NCBI GenBank assembly: GCA_965219455.1
Contig: OZ244744.1
Coordinates: 3,296,001 to 3,360,000, forward strand
Reading direction: 5' to 3'
Length of the DNA stretch: 64,000 nt
From: Candidatus Latescibacterota bacterium
GTDB taxonomy: Bacteria; Latescibacterota; UBA2968; GCA-2709665
The position numbers were made by a program, and so were the translations under genes. Below are positions 17,370 through 27,241 of the stretch, piece by piece. Numbering within the stretch: the stretch's first letter is position 1; every line of letters starts with the position of its first letter. Under the pieces are notes generated by a model. The model made no database searches, was not told the origin of the DNA, and saw only the letters and a program-made list of their open reading frames with translations.

Positions 17370-18596
17370 TCACCCGGGTCCGGCAAAGCCCGCAAGGGTG
17401 CCGGACAGTTCCTCGATCGATATTGCCTGCTTCTTCAGGGGGCGCGAGGCCATGGTGCAGGCAGTCTCGCGATACCCGGAACCGCTCACGACGGCAACCA
17501 CGAGATCCCCCGGATCCACACGTCCCGAATCCAACAGCCGGGCTGTGCCGGCCAGGCAGGCACCCGTGGACGGCTCCACGAACAGCCCTTCCTGCCGCCC
17601 GCAAAATTCCTGGGCCGTCAGGGCCTCCTCGTCCGTGACGGAAATGAAATTTCCCCTCGACGCACGTAGGGTCCGGAGGGCTTCCATTCCGTCGGGGGGA
17701 TAGCTGTGGGCAAGCTTCACAAGAATTGAGGGCGGCGGGTTGTCATAGGGCAGCGCCAGTACCTCTTTCCATTGTTCCAGCCCGCGTTCGAAGGCTAACT
17801 CGAGTGCGTTGTAGTCACGAGGAACCACGCCAATCATTCTGGGAAGGGAGTCAATAAGCCCGAGCGCGTGGCAATCCCGGAACCCCCGCCAGACACCCGA
17901 AACCGTACCGCCGCCACCCACGGGAACCACCACCCAGTCCGGCGCCCTGCCAAGTTCCTCCACGATCTCGTAGGCGATGGTCTTGTTCCCTTCGGACTGG
18001 TACGGATTGGAGTTCCGGCTGGTGGTGCTCAGATAGAGTCCCTGGCTGCGGCAGACGGCAATAACCCCTTCCACGATCGGGTCGATCTGTGCACTCACCT
18101 CGAGAAGCGTTGCGCCCAGGCCGAACATCGGGTAGAGCCGTTCGGGCGGCGTTCCCTCGGTCATGACGACCACGCTGCGCATTCCGGCGCGTGCTGCGAG
18201 GGCGGCGTTGGAGATGCCGGCGCTTCCCGTTGACACAATAACGGAAACATCCGCGCCAATGGACTTTCCGTGTGTGATCGCGACCGAGAGAGAACGGTCC
18301 TTATGGGACCCGGTGGGATTGCGGGTTTCGTCCTTCAGATAGACCTGGCGTCCGTTGAAGCTTTGTGCGGGCAGAAGGGGCGTGCCGCCTTCACCCAGGG
18401 TAACGGCCCCATCGGGAGCGTCGACCGGAAGCAGGGGCCAGTAACGCCACATGGTCCCCTCGAAGCGGTCGTCCCATGTAACCTCGTCATAGCTGTATCG
18501 GAACCCCAGCGGCCCGCCGCAGAGACCACAGTTCAAGGCCGCGGCGTCCTGTTGTTGTGCATCGCACTGAAGGCAAATCTTATGAAATCGACCCAC
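17370..18596 (-). CDS. Threonine synthase-like PLP enzyme (fold type II) with N-terminal Zn ribbon
   Basis: CLQC...CGLCGGPL, MWRY..LLP, TLGEGGTPL, NPTGSHKDR, EGNKTIAYEI, PVGGGG, EGLFVEPS. Confidence 0.85.
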   Translation of the reverse strand: MGRFHKICLQCDAQQQDAAALNCGLCGGPLGFRYSYDEVTWDDRFEGTMWRYWPLLPVDAPDGAVTLGEGGTPLLPAQSFNGRQVYLKDETRNPTGSHKDRSLSVAITHGKSIGADVSVIVSTGSAGISNAALAARAGMRSVVVMTEGTPPERLYPMFGLGATLLEVSAQIDPIVEGVIAVCRSQGLYLSTTSRNSNPYQSEGNKTIAYEIVEELGRAPDWVVVPVGGGGTVSGVWRGFRDCHALGLIDSLPRMIGVVPRDYNALELAFERGLEQWKEVLALPYDNPPPSILVKLAHSYPPDGMEALRTLRASRGNFISVTDEEALTAQEFCGRQEGLFVEPSTGACLAGTARLLDSGRVDPGDLVVAVVSGSGYRETACTMASRPLKKQAISIEELSGTLAGFAGPG

Positions 18597-18663
18597 GACA
18601 GCCCCCGATAGGCGCGTTGGTCACGAGATCCGGATAGTGGTAGAATATATGGAATCCACCACC

Positions 18664-18814
18664 TAATGTCCTGTCCCAAAAATATCTAACCATTCTCCCG
18701 CCGATTCATCCCGTCTCGCGGCGTTGGGCCGAACTTACGCAGGTCGGTGGCGCCTTGCGAGCCGGGCGACTCGACGGCCGAATTTAGGCAACCTATTTCT
18801 GGGAAAGAACGCTA
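18664..18814 (+). mobile_element. MITE family A, copy 1
   Basis: TIRs taatgtcctgtcccaaaaata / tatttctgggaaagaacgcta. Internal sequence shared with 26209, 44467 and 57117 copies. Confidence 0.75.
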
Positions 18815-18848
18815 AAAAGAAATGGCAATCCCTGAGGACCGCCATTTC
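18814..18848 (-). terminator. Intrinsic terminator downstream of the PorV/PorQ gene
   Basis: Minus strand gaaatggc-N14-gccatttc followed by TTTTT. Confidence 0.6.
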
Positions 18849-18874
18849 CTTTAACCACGATTGTTCCGGAAAAC

Positions 18875-19828
18875 TCAGAACGCCCCGCTCAGCGTGAACC
18901 TCAATGGGGCATTCAGGTACGCGCCGAAATCGCCATAGGCGATATCCGCCTGCACCACACGGCCGTCCGCCATCGTGAATTTCAAACCGGCCCCGAGCGT
19001 CCAGGACTCTTCGTCGAAGTTGATCTTATATCCTCCACGCAGCGCGACCGAGTTCTGGATCCAGAACTCCGTGCCCACCCGGTACTGAACCTCCGCGAAA
19101 TCCGTCGCGTAGTAGTTCTCGCCCGTCAACGTCAGATACCCCGGGTCGCCTCTGGAACCGAAAATCTCCATTGCCGCCGCGGTGCTGAAGGACACCGGCA
19201 TATGCGCGACCGACTCGAGCACCTTGACGTCTCTGCCCAGGTTCTCGAACGTCATCCCCAGGCGAAGGCTCTTGAAACCGGTGTAAAACAGCGTGGAAAT
19301 CGACACGTCGAACGCAGTCAACCGGTCCGTGTCCAGCGTTTCCTGCGTCCAGCGGAACAAGGAGCCCACCGAAAGTTTGTCCGTCAGCTTTTTCGCGTAG
19401 GCCACGCCCAGGGACAGATCGCCCATATCCGGTTCCCGGCCCGTGCCCGTGGGCTGAAAAATGGTTGTCTCCTCGAACCCCTTGGGTCTGAATGTGACCA
19501 CGCTCAAACCCACAACCCCGTACCCGGTCTTGAAGGCCAGGCCGCCGTTCAGAATGTGGTCGTTCATCAGCCATCGGGTGTATCCGAGCGTGAACGCGGA
19601 CCCCTCGATATGCGTCAACCCGGCCACATTTGAAAAGATGGCATCGATATTGTCCGATACGGCCACAAACGAACCTCCCATACCGGCCATACGCGCTCCA
19701 TGATCGATCTTCAGTACGGGAAGGACCATCCGCGAGAGCCGCCTCTGATCCTGGGCATCTGCTCCCCGTGGATAGAGCAGGGCGCAGATCACCACCGCTG
19801 TCAGTCCGATCCACAACGTCCGTTTCAT
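18875..19828 (-). CDS. PorV/PorQ-family outer-membrane beta-barrel
   Basis: Signal peptide; LKIDHGARMAGMGGSFVAVSDN..AIFSN.AGL; EETTIFQPTGTG; terminal RFTLSGAF. Confidence 0.85.
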   Translation of the reverse strand: MKRTLWIGLTAVVICALLYPRGADAQDQRRLSRMVLPVLKIDHGARMAGMGGSFVAVSDNIDAIFSNVAGLTHIEGSAFTLGYTRWLMNDHILNGGLAFKTGYGVVGLSVVTFRPKGFEETTIFQPTGTGREPDMGDLSLGVAYAKKLTDKLSVGSLFRWTQETLDTDRLTAFDVSISTLFYTGFKSLRLGMTFENLGRDVKVLESVAHMPVSFSTAAAMEIFGSRGDPGYLTLTGENYYATDFAEVQYRVGTEFWIQNSVALRGGYKINFDEESWTLGAGLKFTMADGRVVQADIAYGDFGAYLNAPLRFTLSGAF

Positions 19829-19887
19829 CGTGTACTCTCCTTAAGTTTCAGTATGGACCTGAGCCGTGCAGAAATAGAGATCTGCCC

Positions 19888-22170
19888 CTATTTGATGATC
19901 ATCAACGTGCCCGACTGTGTCTGGCCCTGGCTTCCCGACATCTGCGATTCCAGCACCCAGTAATAAACCCCCGCGGGCACACCCCCTCCGCGCGAGTCGG
20001 GGATCTGGTTCCAGGAGGCCTCGCCTCTGCTGGGATCGTTGTGTCTGATCACGGCGGCAAGCTCTCCGGCCACCGTATAGATCCGGATAATGCACTTTTG
20101 GGGGACGTTGGTAAACCGCATCAACCCCGCCGTGGGGTAGTTGTGAGCGCCGTCCGCCTTGTGCGGGTTGGGTACAACGATCACGTCCCGCTGCATCTGG
20201 TCCGCCGCCGCGTTGGCCGGCACAAACGGAATATTGGTCAGCACGCCGTTTGCCCACTGCTCGGGCGAGCTGTTCCCACCCTCTAAGGAGGGAATGGCCA
20301 TCCCGGTCCCGTTCCAGTCGTCGTGGCCCGAGTCATAGGCCGCAACGCGGTAGTAATATTCGAATCCCGCCACCGACTTTCTGTCCTCATATTCATAGCC
20401 GCCCCCCTTATAGTATTGGGAATCCTTCAGGGGGACTTCGGCCACGAGTTTCCAGTCGTCAACCTTGAAGTCCGACCGGTAGACCCGGTAGCCCACGATG
20501 TCCTGGGCCTCGGCGCCCGAGTAGTCCGGATCGGTCGCATCGTCGCCCGCGTCGGTCCATTTCGCCAGGTTGAACCCGTCGACCGAGGCGGTCGCCTCCA
20601 CCTTTACGTCCGGCGGAGGATCGGGCAGGTCATAGCCCCACCGGAAGGCGTCGCTGGCCGCGTTGTGGTGTTTGAGCAGGTTGTCCATCGCCTTATCCGT
20701 GTACATGTCCTCCTGTCTGCCCTGCTTGGCCCAACCCCACATGTTCTCCTCCACCGGGGCGGCCGCCACCAGGGCGTAGACGATTCTCACCTTGTCGCCG
20801 GGGGCCAGGTCGTACGGGCCATAGGCGAACGAAGCGGTGAGCCCGTCTATCGTGGTGGGATTGTCCTTTATGAATGGCGCAGGACTCGTCAGTTCGGTAT
20901 AGATCTGCTCGGAACTCCTGCTCTCCGAACCGGGTTCAGAGAAATCGGTTCGGTCCCGATAGTCCCACCACTTTACGGTGTGGGGCTGGTCCGCGACCCG
21001 TGGCGCCACGAAGCTCGCCTCGCCTCCGGTGTCGTAGGTGAAGGTTGACGGATCGTTCACCGACCCGGGCGTGTACGCGAGCGGTGCAGCGCCCACGTAC
21101 TGGTAGGACCCCATTTCCCCCTCCACCTTCGTGTGCCTGAGGCAGCAGCTGTGCCAGGACTCGTAGGCCCGGTTCGCGCTGTAGGGCTTGCCGATGTCCT
21201 CCCCGGGTAGATCCGGATTTTCCCCATCAAAGGAGTACCACATCTTCAACCCCATGGCCGCGCCCGGACCGTCGAAGTTGGCCGCCTCCGTGTACTTGTA
21301 CCAGTCGTCCAGAGCTATCGGTTCCGTGGCCCTGAAGTAGGAGTTCCCCGTATAATTTCCCTGGCCGCACCCGGAGACGTAGAAGCGGGTCGAGAAGATG
21401 AAGAACGTGTCGTTGAGCTGCAGCCCTCCACCGCCCAGATCGGCCGCACCGTCCCCATCGGAGTCACCGGTATTTTCGAACGTGTATTCCAGGATCTCAA
21501 AATCGTCGTAGTCCGGATAGCTCCACACATACGCCTTCTTGGTAACGGTAATGCCGTTCCTGGTGGTCCATTTGCTGACGATGATGCTCTCCGGGAAATG
21601 GTCCTTGTCCGCTTCCATATACTCGCCGTACCGGTAGTTGTGGATCTCCACCGGCTCGTTGGGGCCCGGAGGGGCCTGCCCCGGCCACCAGTTGGCCATG
21701 ACCGGACCCAGGGGCGATACCTTCCGGTAGCCGATATTCATCTCAGGCCCCTGGGAAGGATCGTAGCCCATTGCAACCACGTCCTCCGACTCCAGGGTCG
21801 CTTTCGACTCGGAGACGTGGAACTCGCCTCCCACCTGCGTGGCGATGAACTGGTTCCAACCCGGCATCGTGCCACACATTTCGCCGTTCCAGCGCCTCCA
21901 CTGAGATCCCGGCCCCCAATTCCGTTGACTCCAGTAGTCGATAAACTCCTTCGGGTACTGCGTCCACAGATAGCCGGGATACTGCATGCCAACGGGACGG
22001 TACCAACTCATCGGTGTGGCCGCCCGCACCCCCTGGGTGCCCACGTTCCAGTAAATATCCCACACCTTCGCGCGGGACTGGATCCGGAGCTCCTGCGCCG
22101 GGACATCGCTCCAGAGCAGCAGGCCCAGAACCAGGAACACCATCCCGCATACCATAATCTTTTTCATCAC
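19888..22170 (-). CDS. Secreted protein with Fn3-like region and T9SS type-A-like C-terminal sorting domain
   Basis: Sec signal peptide without lipobox. PDPPP...GYRVYRS...Y.Y.D......YYY.V.AYD region. C-terminal VIVVPNP...FTNVP..C.IRIYTVAGEL...W...GVYYW...GTLMIIK. Confidence 0.75.
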   Translation of the reverse strand: MMKKIMVCGMVFLVLGLLLWSDVPAQELRIQSRAKVWDIYWNVGTQGVRAATPMSWYRPVGMQYPGYLWTQYPKEFIDYWSQRNWGPGSQWRRWNGEMCGTMPGWNQFIATQVGGEFHVSESKATLESEDVVAMGYDPSQGPEMNIGYRKVSPLGPVMANWWPGQAPPGPNEPVEIHNYRYGEYMEADKDHFPESIIVSKWTTRNGITVTKKAYVWSYPDYDDFEILEYTFENTGDSDGDGAADLGGGGLQLNDTFFIFSTRFYVSGCGQGNYTGNSYFRATEPIALDDWYKYTEAANFDGPGAAMGLKMWYSFDGENPDLPGEDIGKPYSANRAYESWHSCCLRHTKVEGEMGSYQYVGAAPLAYTPGSVNDPSTFTYDTGGEASFVAPRVADQPHTVKWWDYRDRTDFSEPGSESRSSEQIYTELTSPAPFIKDNPTTIDGLTASFAYGPYDLAPGDKVRIVYALVAAAPVEENMWGWAKQGRQEDMYTDKAMDNLLKHHNAASDAFRWGYDLPDPPPDVKVEATASVDGFNLAKWTDAGDDATDPDYSGAEAQDIVGYRVYRSDFKVDDWKLVAEVPLKDSQYYKGGGYEYEDRKSVAGFEYYYRVAAYDSGHDDWNGTGMAIPSLEGGNSSPEQWANGVLTNIPFVPANAAADQMQRDVIVVPNPHKADGAHNYPTAGLMRFTNVPQKCIIRIYTVAGELAAVIRHNDPSRGEASWNQIPDSRGGGVPAGVYYWVLESQMSGSQGQTQSGTLMIIK

Positions 22171-22233
22171 CTAGACCTCCTCAAAGATGTCCAACAGGGT
22201 TGGGCCCTCCGTTACCGGAGGGGTTCAACCGCG

Positions 22234-25200
22234 TCAGAAATTCAACCTGATCCCCACGTGGGTAATCCGGGGATTGCCGATGTAGCGCGAGCGGTCAGAT
22301 AAGTCCCCGTAATTCAGGTAGTTCGCATCGTCGGGCCTGGGCTGCTGCAGGCCCCACCACATGTAGTCCGTCCGGGTGACGCTACCCGCGTCCCTCTGGT
22401 TGAACACGTTGAACATTTCCACAAATACGTCGGTATTCACGCCCCCCAGGCGGAAATGCTTCTGCACGTTCAAATCGGCTTCCGTGTGCAGGGGCCCCCT
22501 CGCCGGTGTGTTCTTCCCTTCCAGGTTGAGGTAATTGAACTTGCCGCCCGTGTAGATCCGGTAGATCAGGTTGATGTTGATGCCGCCCAGGAGCGTGGCT
22601 CCGCCCATTTTTCTACCCGGCCCGAAGTCCAGCGGGGAGGAGAAGAACATCTGCAGGCTGCCCTGGCTCCGGCGCCCCCGCGTGAAGATGTTTCCACCAC
22701 TGAACCAGAACTTCTGATACCAGATGCCCTGCAGGTAATCCTTCGCCTCGTCCGGCACCCCCGAAGCTTCCCACGCTGGCAGAATGTCGGGCACGGCACC
22801 CCTATTATTGAAGGCAAGCCGGTCGTTCCTGACCTTTCTCAGGTTCTCGTTGGCCTTATGGCCAAGCTCCCGGATCTCATCGGTCGTGAGCGGCACCGGC
22901 TCCCTCCGGCTGCCTGATACCCGCCATTCCTTATGGTACTTCCCGCTGGCGATGAAGCTGGAATCGGGATAGACCAGGATGCTCGCGACGGATTCGGGAG
23001 AGCCCAGCCAGTGGATGGCCTCCAGCCACTCCAGGTTCAATGCGGCCCGGAACGAGAAAAGGTTGCTGAATCCCTTCCTCATGCTGAACTCGAAGCCCTT
23101 GACGTCCTCCGTGCGCTCGGAGCCATACGTGCCGCCTATGGCGCCTGTCCTGCCGGTCACCGGGTCGACGGCGTCGTGCCAAATCCCCGTGCTCTGGGAC
23201 TGGCCACTCTTGTAAAAGGCGGCCAGCGAGAGCACGTAGTCGCTCACGAAGTTCCAGTCGGTGCCCACCTCAAAGCTGTTGGTCGGATGCCCCCGGTCCC
23301 AGACCGGGCTGACAGCGTTCGCGCCGTAGCTTTCGTCCTTGGCATTGAACTGACTGTATGGTACACCCGGAATCCCCACGGGACCCGAGGCCGTCTCCCA
23401 GTGGCTGCCGAACTGGTGCCGGAAGGAGGGGAGCATCATATACCGGCCGTAGAAGAAGTGCATACTGGACCTGGCCGTGATGGGGTGCGAGATTCCCAGC
23501 CTGGGGCTCCATCCGGATATGGGCCGCATGGGACCCGTGGGCGCCTGGATGAAGGTATCCAACGCGTTGTACCATCCCGACGTGAACGTCGGCAGCAACT
23601 GAACGTCCTGACCCCACATGCGGTCGTAGCGCAGTCCGACGTTGACGATCAACCCCTCAAACTCCATCTTGTCCTGGACGTAGACACTGAACTGCCTGGG
23701 CGTCACGGCCTCGCCGGGTTCGGGCTGTCCGATGTAACGGATATCCCGCTTCGCATCGCCGGGCGTCATGCCGGTCCACGTCCACCAGTTCTCGAACGTC
23801 ATGAACTCAAAGCCGGTCTTGGCAAAGTGTCCGCGAGTCGCCTGGCTGGACAGATCGGCCTTCACGCTGTATCGGTTCTGTTCACCGACCTTGAAGGCCC
23901 AAACGTCGTCTCGGCCGATGTAGAAAAACCCGTCGCTGTCCGTCCTGACGGCCGTAGTTGCATTCCCCACGCCGCTCGTGTCGGTCCTGCTGCGGTAGCG
24001 CGACACACTCACCTCGTAGAACGTCCTGGGGTTGACGGTATGGGTGAGAACGCCGTAGACCATGTTGTCCAACTGGGATTCCGTCCCGGCGACCGACCCC
24101 TCGGGAATGAAGAGATCCCGCCCGGTTCCTCGGAGGATGTTCGGGAAGCTGTACCTGGACAGCCGTCCGTTGTTGATTCCCTCCGACCAGTCGTACATCC
24201 ATCCGATCCGCAGTTTCATGTTCAGCCCGGCGGGGACCGTCAGCTTCGCCGTGGTCCGGATGTTCGGCGGGCGGGTGCGCCACGGACCGGGGAGAACGGC
24301 GGCGTCGCGAAGGTGACGGGCGCTGGCGAAGAACGAAGCCTGCCCGAATAGCGGGCCGCTCAGAAACCCGTCGAGGTAGTGGCCTCTCCAGTCTGTATAA
24401 TTGGTTCGCTGGTGCACCAGATTTCCGGTCTCGGGGTCCACCTCGGAAGTCCAAGCTGGATCGTTCCACTTCGCGTTCCCCCGCAACTCCGGCGCCTCGT
24501 AGACGTCCGCCCCCCAGTGCTTCTTGCCGCCAGGAGTGAGACGGTACTCCCCCTCGCCGTGGTAGTCGGCGCCGCCGTCGCGCGTTACAATCTGGATGAC
24601 GCCCGCCTGCGCGTTGCCGTACTCGGCGTTCATTCCGCCGGTGATGACCGAGACCTCCTGCACCGCCTTGAGGTTGACGCCGTACCATTGCCTTTCGCCG
24701 CCGTCGCCCCATCCACCGCCGATGCCGCGTCCGTCTCTACCGGATACGGGGACGCCGTCGACGTAGACCACGTTGTGGCTGGCAACCCAACCCCGGATGG
24801 CGCCGCTGCCGTCAACGGCATAACCCGGCTCCAATTCCAGAACCTCGGTGACGTTCCTTAGAATGGGCGTTCGCTGGATCTCCTCGGCGGTTACGACGTA
24901 ACGGCTGTCCGTCTTGTCGGGGTCGACCGCCGGCCTTTCCGCCACGACCACCATCTCCTCGAGTTCCAGTTCGGATTCACGAAGCTGGAAGTCTACGGTC
25001 GTGGTGAAGTCCACCCGGATAGCCACCTTTTCTTTGACCACGGAGTGATACCCCACCATTGAAGCCGTCAATTTGTACTGCCCCGGCGTTACGGAAACGA
25101 TGACGTAGAATCCATCCACGTCGGTCGTTCCCCCCAGCCGGGTCTCTTCGATCGCCACGCTGGCCCCCGGCAGGGGCTCTCCTTGCTCGTCGGTCACCCG

Positions 25201-25302
25201 GCCCACAATTTTACCGGTTGTCGCGGCCGTTACCACGCTGGCGACAAAAAACACGGACCACAACACGGCCACAGCGCCCGTCATAAACCTTTGCCTTCTC
25301 AT
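22234..25302 (-). CDS. TonB-dependent receptor with N-terminal carboxypeptidase-regulatory-like domain
   Basis: GKIVGRVTDEQGEPLPGASV, plug VYVDGVP...V.VITGGMNAEYGNAQAGVI.IVT, QDKMEF.GLIVNVGLRYD, SPRLGISHPIT; terminal GIRLNF. AAGGAGG RBS at ATG 25302. Confidence 0.92.
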   Translation of the reverse strand: MRRQRFMTGAVAVLWSVFFVASVVTAATTGKIVGRVTDEQGEPLPGASVAIEETRLGGTTDVDGFYVIVSVTPGQYKLTASMVGYHSVVKEKVAIRVDFTTTVDFQLRESELELEEMVVVAERPAVDPDKTDSRYVVTAEEIQRTPILRNVTEVLELEPGYAVDGSGAIRGWVASHNVVYVDGVPVSGRDGRGIGGGWGDGGERQWYGVNLKAVQEVSVITGGMNAEYGNAQAGVIQIVTRDGGADYHGEGEYRLTPGGKKHWGADVYEAPELRGNAKWNDPAWTSEVDPETGNLVHQRTNYTDWRGHYLDGFLSGPLFGQASFFASARHLRDAAVLPGPWRTRPPNIRTTAKLTVPAGLNMKLRIGWMYDWSEGINNGRLSRYSFPNILRGTGRDLFIPEGSVAGTESQLDNMVYGVLTHTVNPRTFYEVSVSRYRSRTDTSGVGNATTAVRTDSDGFFYIGRDDVWAFKVGEQNRYSVKADLSSQATRGHFAKTGFEFMTFENWWTWTGMTPGDAKRDIRYIGQPEPGEAVTPRQFSVYVQDKMEFEGLIVNVGLRYDRMWGQDVQLLPTFTSGWYNALDTFIQAPTGPMRPISGWSPRLGISHPITARSSMHFFYGRYMMLPSFRHQFGSHWETASGPVGIPGVPYSQFNAKDESYGANAVSPVWDRGHPTNSFEVGTDWNFVSDYVLSLAAFYKSGQSQSTGIWHDAVDPVTGRTGAIGGTYGSERTEDVKGFEFSMRKGFSNLFSFRAALNLEWLEAIHWLGSPESVASILVYPDSSFIASGKYHKEWRVSGSRREPVPLTTDEIRELGHKANENLRKVRNDRLAFNNRGAVPDILPAWEASGVPDEAKDYLQGIWYQKFWFSGGNIFTRGRRSQGSLQMFFSSPLDFGPGRKMGGATLLGGININLIYRIYTGGKFNYLNLEGKNTPARGPLHTEADLNVQKHFRLGGVNTDVFVEMFNVFNQRDAGSVTRTDYMWWGLQQPRPDDANYLNYGDLSDRSRYIGNPRITHVGIRLNF

Positions 25303-25391
25303 GGTTCCTCCTTTACACAGCACTCATTTCGCTTGCGAGATTCTCCAACTGAGATCCAACGGCCTGCCAATTACCGGTTACGCCTGCATTG

Positions 25392-26108
25392 CTATTTCCT
25401 GAAATAAAACCGGATGCCTCCGCGCGCATTCAGGAACTGCATGGGAAAGGTCTGGCCGTCGAGGTCCCACGCCTCCATAGGCCTTAACTCGCCCAGCAGG
25501 AGATTGTATCGGGCGCGTACATCCAGCGAAATGTTGTCGAACACAAACGCCTCGACACCCACGCCCACGTTCGCCCCCAGCGCCGTGCGCGAATCGCTGA
25601 AAGGGTCTATCACCAGCTCCTTGTTTATTGGCGCCTCGCGCTGGCCGGGAAAGATCAGGCCGCGCACATCCGTCTTGTAGTCGTAAAACCCGGCGCCGAC
25701 GGTTACGTACGTGGAATAGTTCTCTTTGGCCAGGATTCCCTTGCCTCCCCGCCGGACCACGGCATTCACGAGGAAGCTGCTGATCCGCATCTCGCTCACC
25801 GCATTGGGGGACATATAGTCCTTCTGGTCCACGGGCCAGGTAAACGGGCGGTTCTCGAGTGCTCCATTGTCGAATTTGGACCGGTGAAACTCCATCTCCA
25901 CGCTGGTCCTCTGGCTCATAACGTAGGTGAACACGACCCCGACCTCGCCACGGCCGGTTTCGTACCAGTCTTTCAGCTTGAAGATCGACCGGTTATAATC
26001 CAGGAACGTCCCGAGGCCCCAACTGCCGGCCACACCGCCGCCGTAGACCGTTCCCGCCGAGAGCAGCAGCAAAGCCGCTGCCATACATACCAGCACACCG
26101 TTACGCAT
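25392..26108 (-). CDS. Small outer-membrane beta-barrel protein (OmpA/OmpW-like, probably 8 strands)
   Basis: Signal peptide, alternating beta-strands (YVTVGAGFY, LGANVGVGVE, LDVRARY), terminal GIRFYF; GGAGG RBS. Confidence 0.75.
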   Translation of the reverse strand: MRNGVLVCMAAALLLLSAGTVYGGGVAGSWGLGTFLDYNRSIFKLKDWYETGRGEVGVVFTYVMSQRTSVEMEFHRSKFDNGALENRPFTWPVDQKDYMSPNAVSEMRISSFLVNAVVRRGGKGILAKENYSTYVTVGAGFYDYKTDVRGLIFPGQREAPINKELVIDPFSDSRTALGANVGVGVEAFVFDNISLDVRARYNLLLGELRPMEAWDLDGQTFPMQFLNARGGIRFYFRK

Positions 26109-26183
26109 ATACAACCTCCTTATTATTCGGATGCCTCAAGTGACATCCGGCCCCGCGGTTCCTCCTCGTTAATCATTCGTCCA

Positions 26184-26200
26184 ATCTCGTCGGACCATCA
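26184..26200. promoter_or_regulatory. Candidate FadR/GntR-type operator upstream of the barrel-TBDT operon
   Basis: atctcgtcggaccatca resembles the FadR-subfamily palindrome TGGT-N3-ACCA and lies between the regulator gene and the operon start. Confidence 0.3.
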
Positions 26201-26208
26201 CCTCCTCG

Positions 26209-26358
26209 CAGTGTCCCGCCCCAGAAATATGTTACCATTCATCCGCCTGTCTGCGCCAAACAACGCGCGGCAGGCAGGTCTCGATGCGTTGTTTACACTG
26301 AGCCTGTCGAAGTGCCCTCGTTCGCCGACCTTGCGCAGCTCGCCTCGCTCAGGCGCCT
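26209..26358 (+). mobile_element. MITE family A, copy 2 (right end lost; two micro-repeat insertions)
   Basis: Near-identical to 57117-57282 apart from the inserted cctgtctgc...gcaggcagg hairpin and tttacactgagcctgtcgaagtg. Confidence 0.7.
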
Positions 26359-26363
26359 GGCTT

Positions 26364-27128
26364 TCATGGATGGCCTGCGTGACCGTTTTTTCCCTCCAGA
26401 GCGAGGATCAGCGCGCGGACGCTGGCCATCTGGCTGTACATGATTGCCGTTGCCTTCGCGCCGTCGCGGTCGGTAATCGCGTTGACAATGGCGCGATGTT
26501 CCGAGATGGCAATCCTTCCGGAATCTCGAGCAGACAGTCGCTCGCCGAATACCGGAATGTCTATGTCGTAGGCTTTCAGTCGCAACGCCTCCGTAATGAG
26601 GTCTGCACATCGTTGCAGCACCGGGTTGTGCGTTGCCCGCAACACGGCGCGATGAAAGCGAATTTCGTACGCCATCATACCCTGATCGAAGTCCAGCGCC
26701 TTGAAGTCGGCAATCTCACTCAGATCCGCCAGGTCTTCTTCCGTCGCATTTTCGGCCGCCATGCCGGCCGCCGCCATCTCGACGGAAATGCGCAGCGCAT
26801 AAATGTCCGTGCGGTTGGAGATGGACGGGAAAACATCGAGATGGCCGTTTTCGAGAGGGCTGATGTCCACGGTTCTGACAAATGTGCCGCGCCCCTGCTG
26901 CCTTGTAACGACGCCTTCACCGACAAGAACCGCCAGAGCCTCGCGAACGACCCGATAGCTGACGCCCAGATTGGCTGCCAGGATCCGTTCGGGCGGCAGC
27001 CGATCGCCTTTTTCGAGCTTTTCAACAAAAATGAATCGTCTGAGAATTGTGACAACCTGATCTGCCAGGGTTTCCCTGGAGACCGGTTTCAATTCGTCCA
27101 TATTGACAGACGGTTTCACTTCTGGCAT
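26364..27128 (-). CDS. FadR/GntR family transcriptional regulator
   Basis: GDRLPPER.LA..LGVS..VVREAL..L...G......GRGTFV HTH, plus FCD domain (FHRAVL.A..NPVL, EHRAIVNAI). Confidence 0.92.
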   Translation of the reverse strand: MPEVKPSVNMDELKPVSRETLADQVVTILRRFIFVEKLEKGDRLPPERILAANLGVSYRVVREALAVLVGEGVVTRQQGRGTFVRTVDISPLENGHLDVFPSISNRTDIYALRISVEMAAAGMAAENATEEDLADLSEIADFKALDFDQGMMAYEIRFHRAVLRATHNPVLQRCADLITEALRLKAYDIDIPVFGERLSARDSGRIAISEHRAIVNAITDRDGAKATAIMYSQMASVRALILALEGKNGHAGHP

Positions 27129-27241
27129 AATGAGAGCAATTTATCAATGACATTGGCTTTGTCAAGTGATTTTCAGCCGGGCCATAAAGAAAAATTCCAC
27201 GTTACGACCCCGGAACGATAACGAAAATGAGTCTGATGTCG

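Noticed and set aside
19888-22170. SusD-like lipoprotein
   Set aside because: No lipobox cysteine after the signal peptide and no SusD/TPR motifs; it has a CTD-like tail instead.
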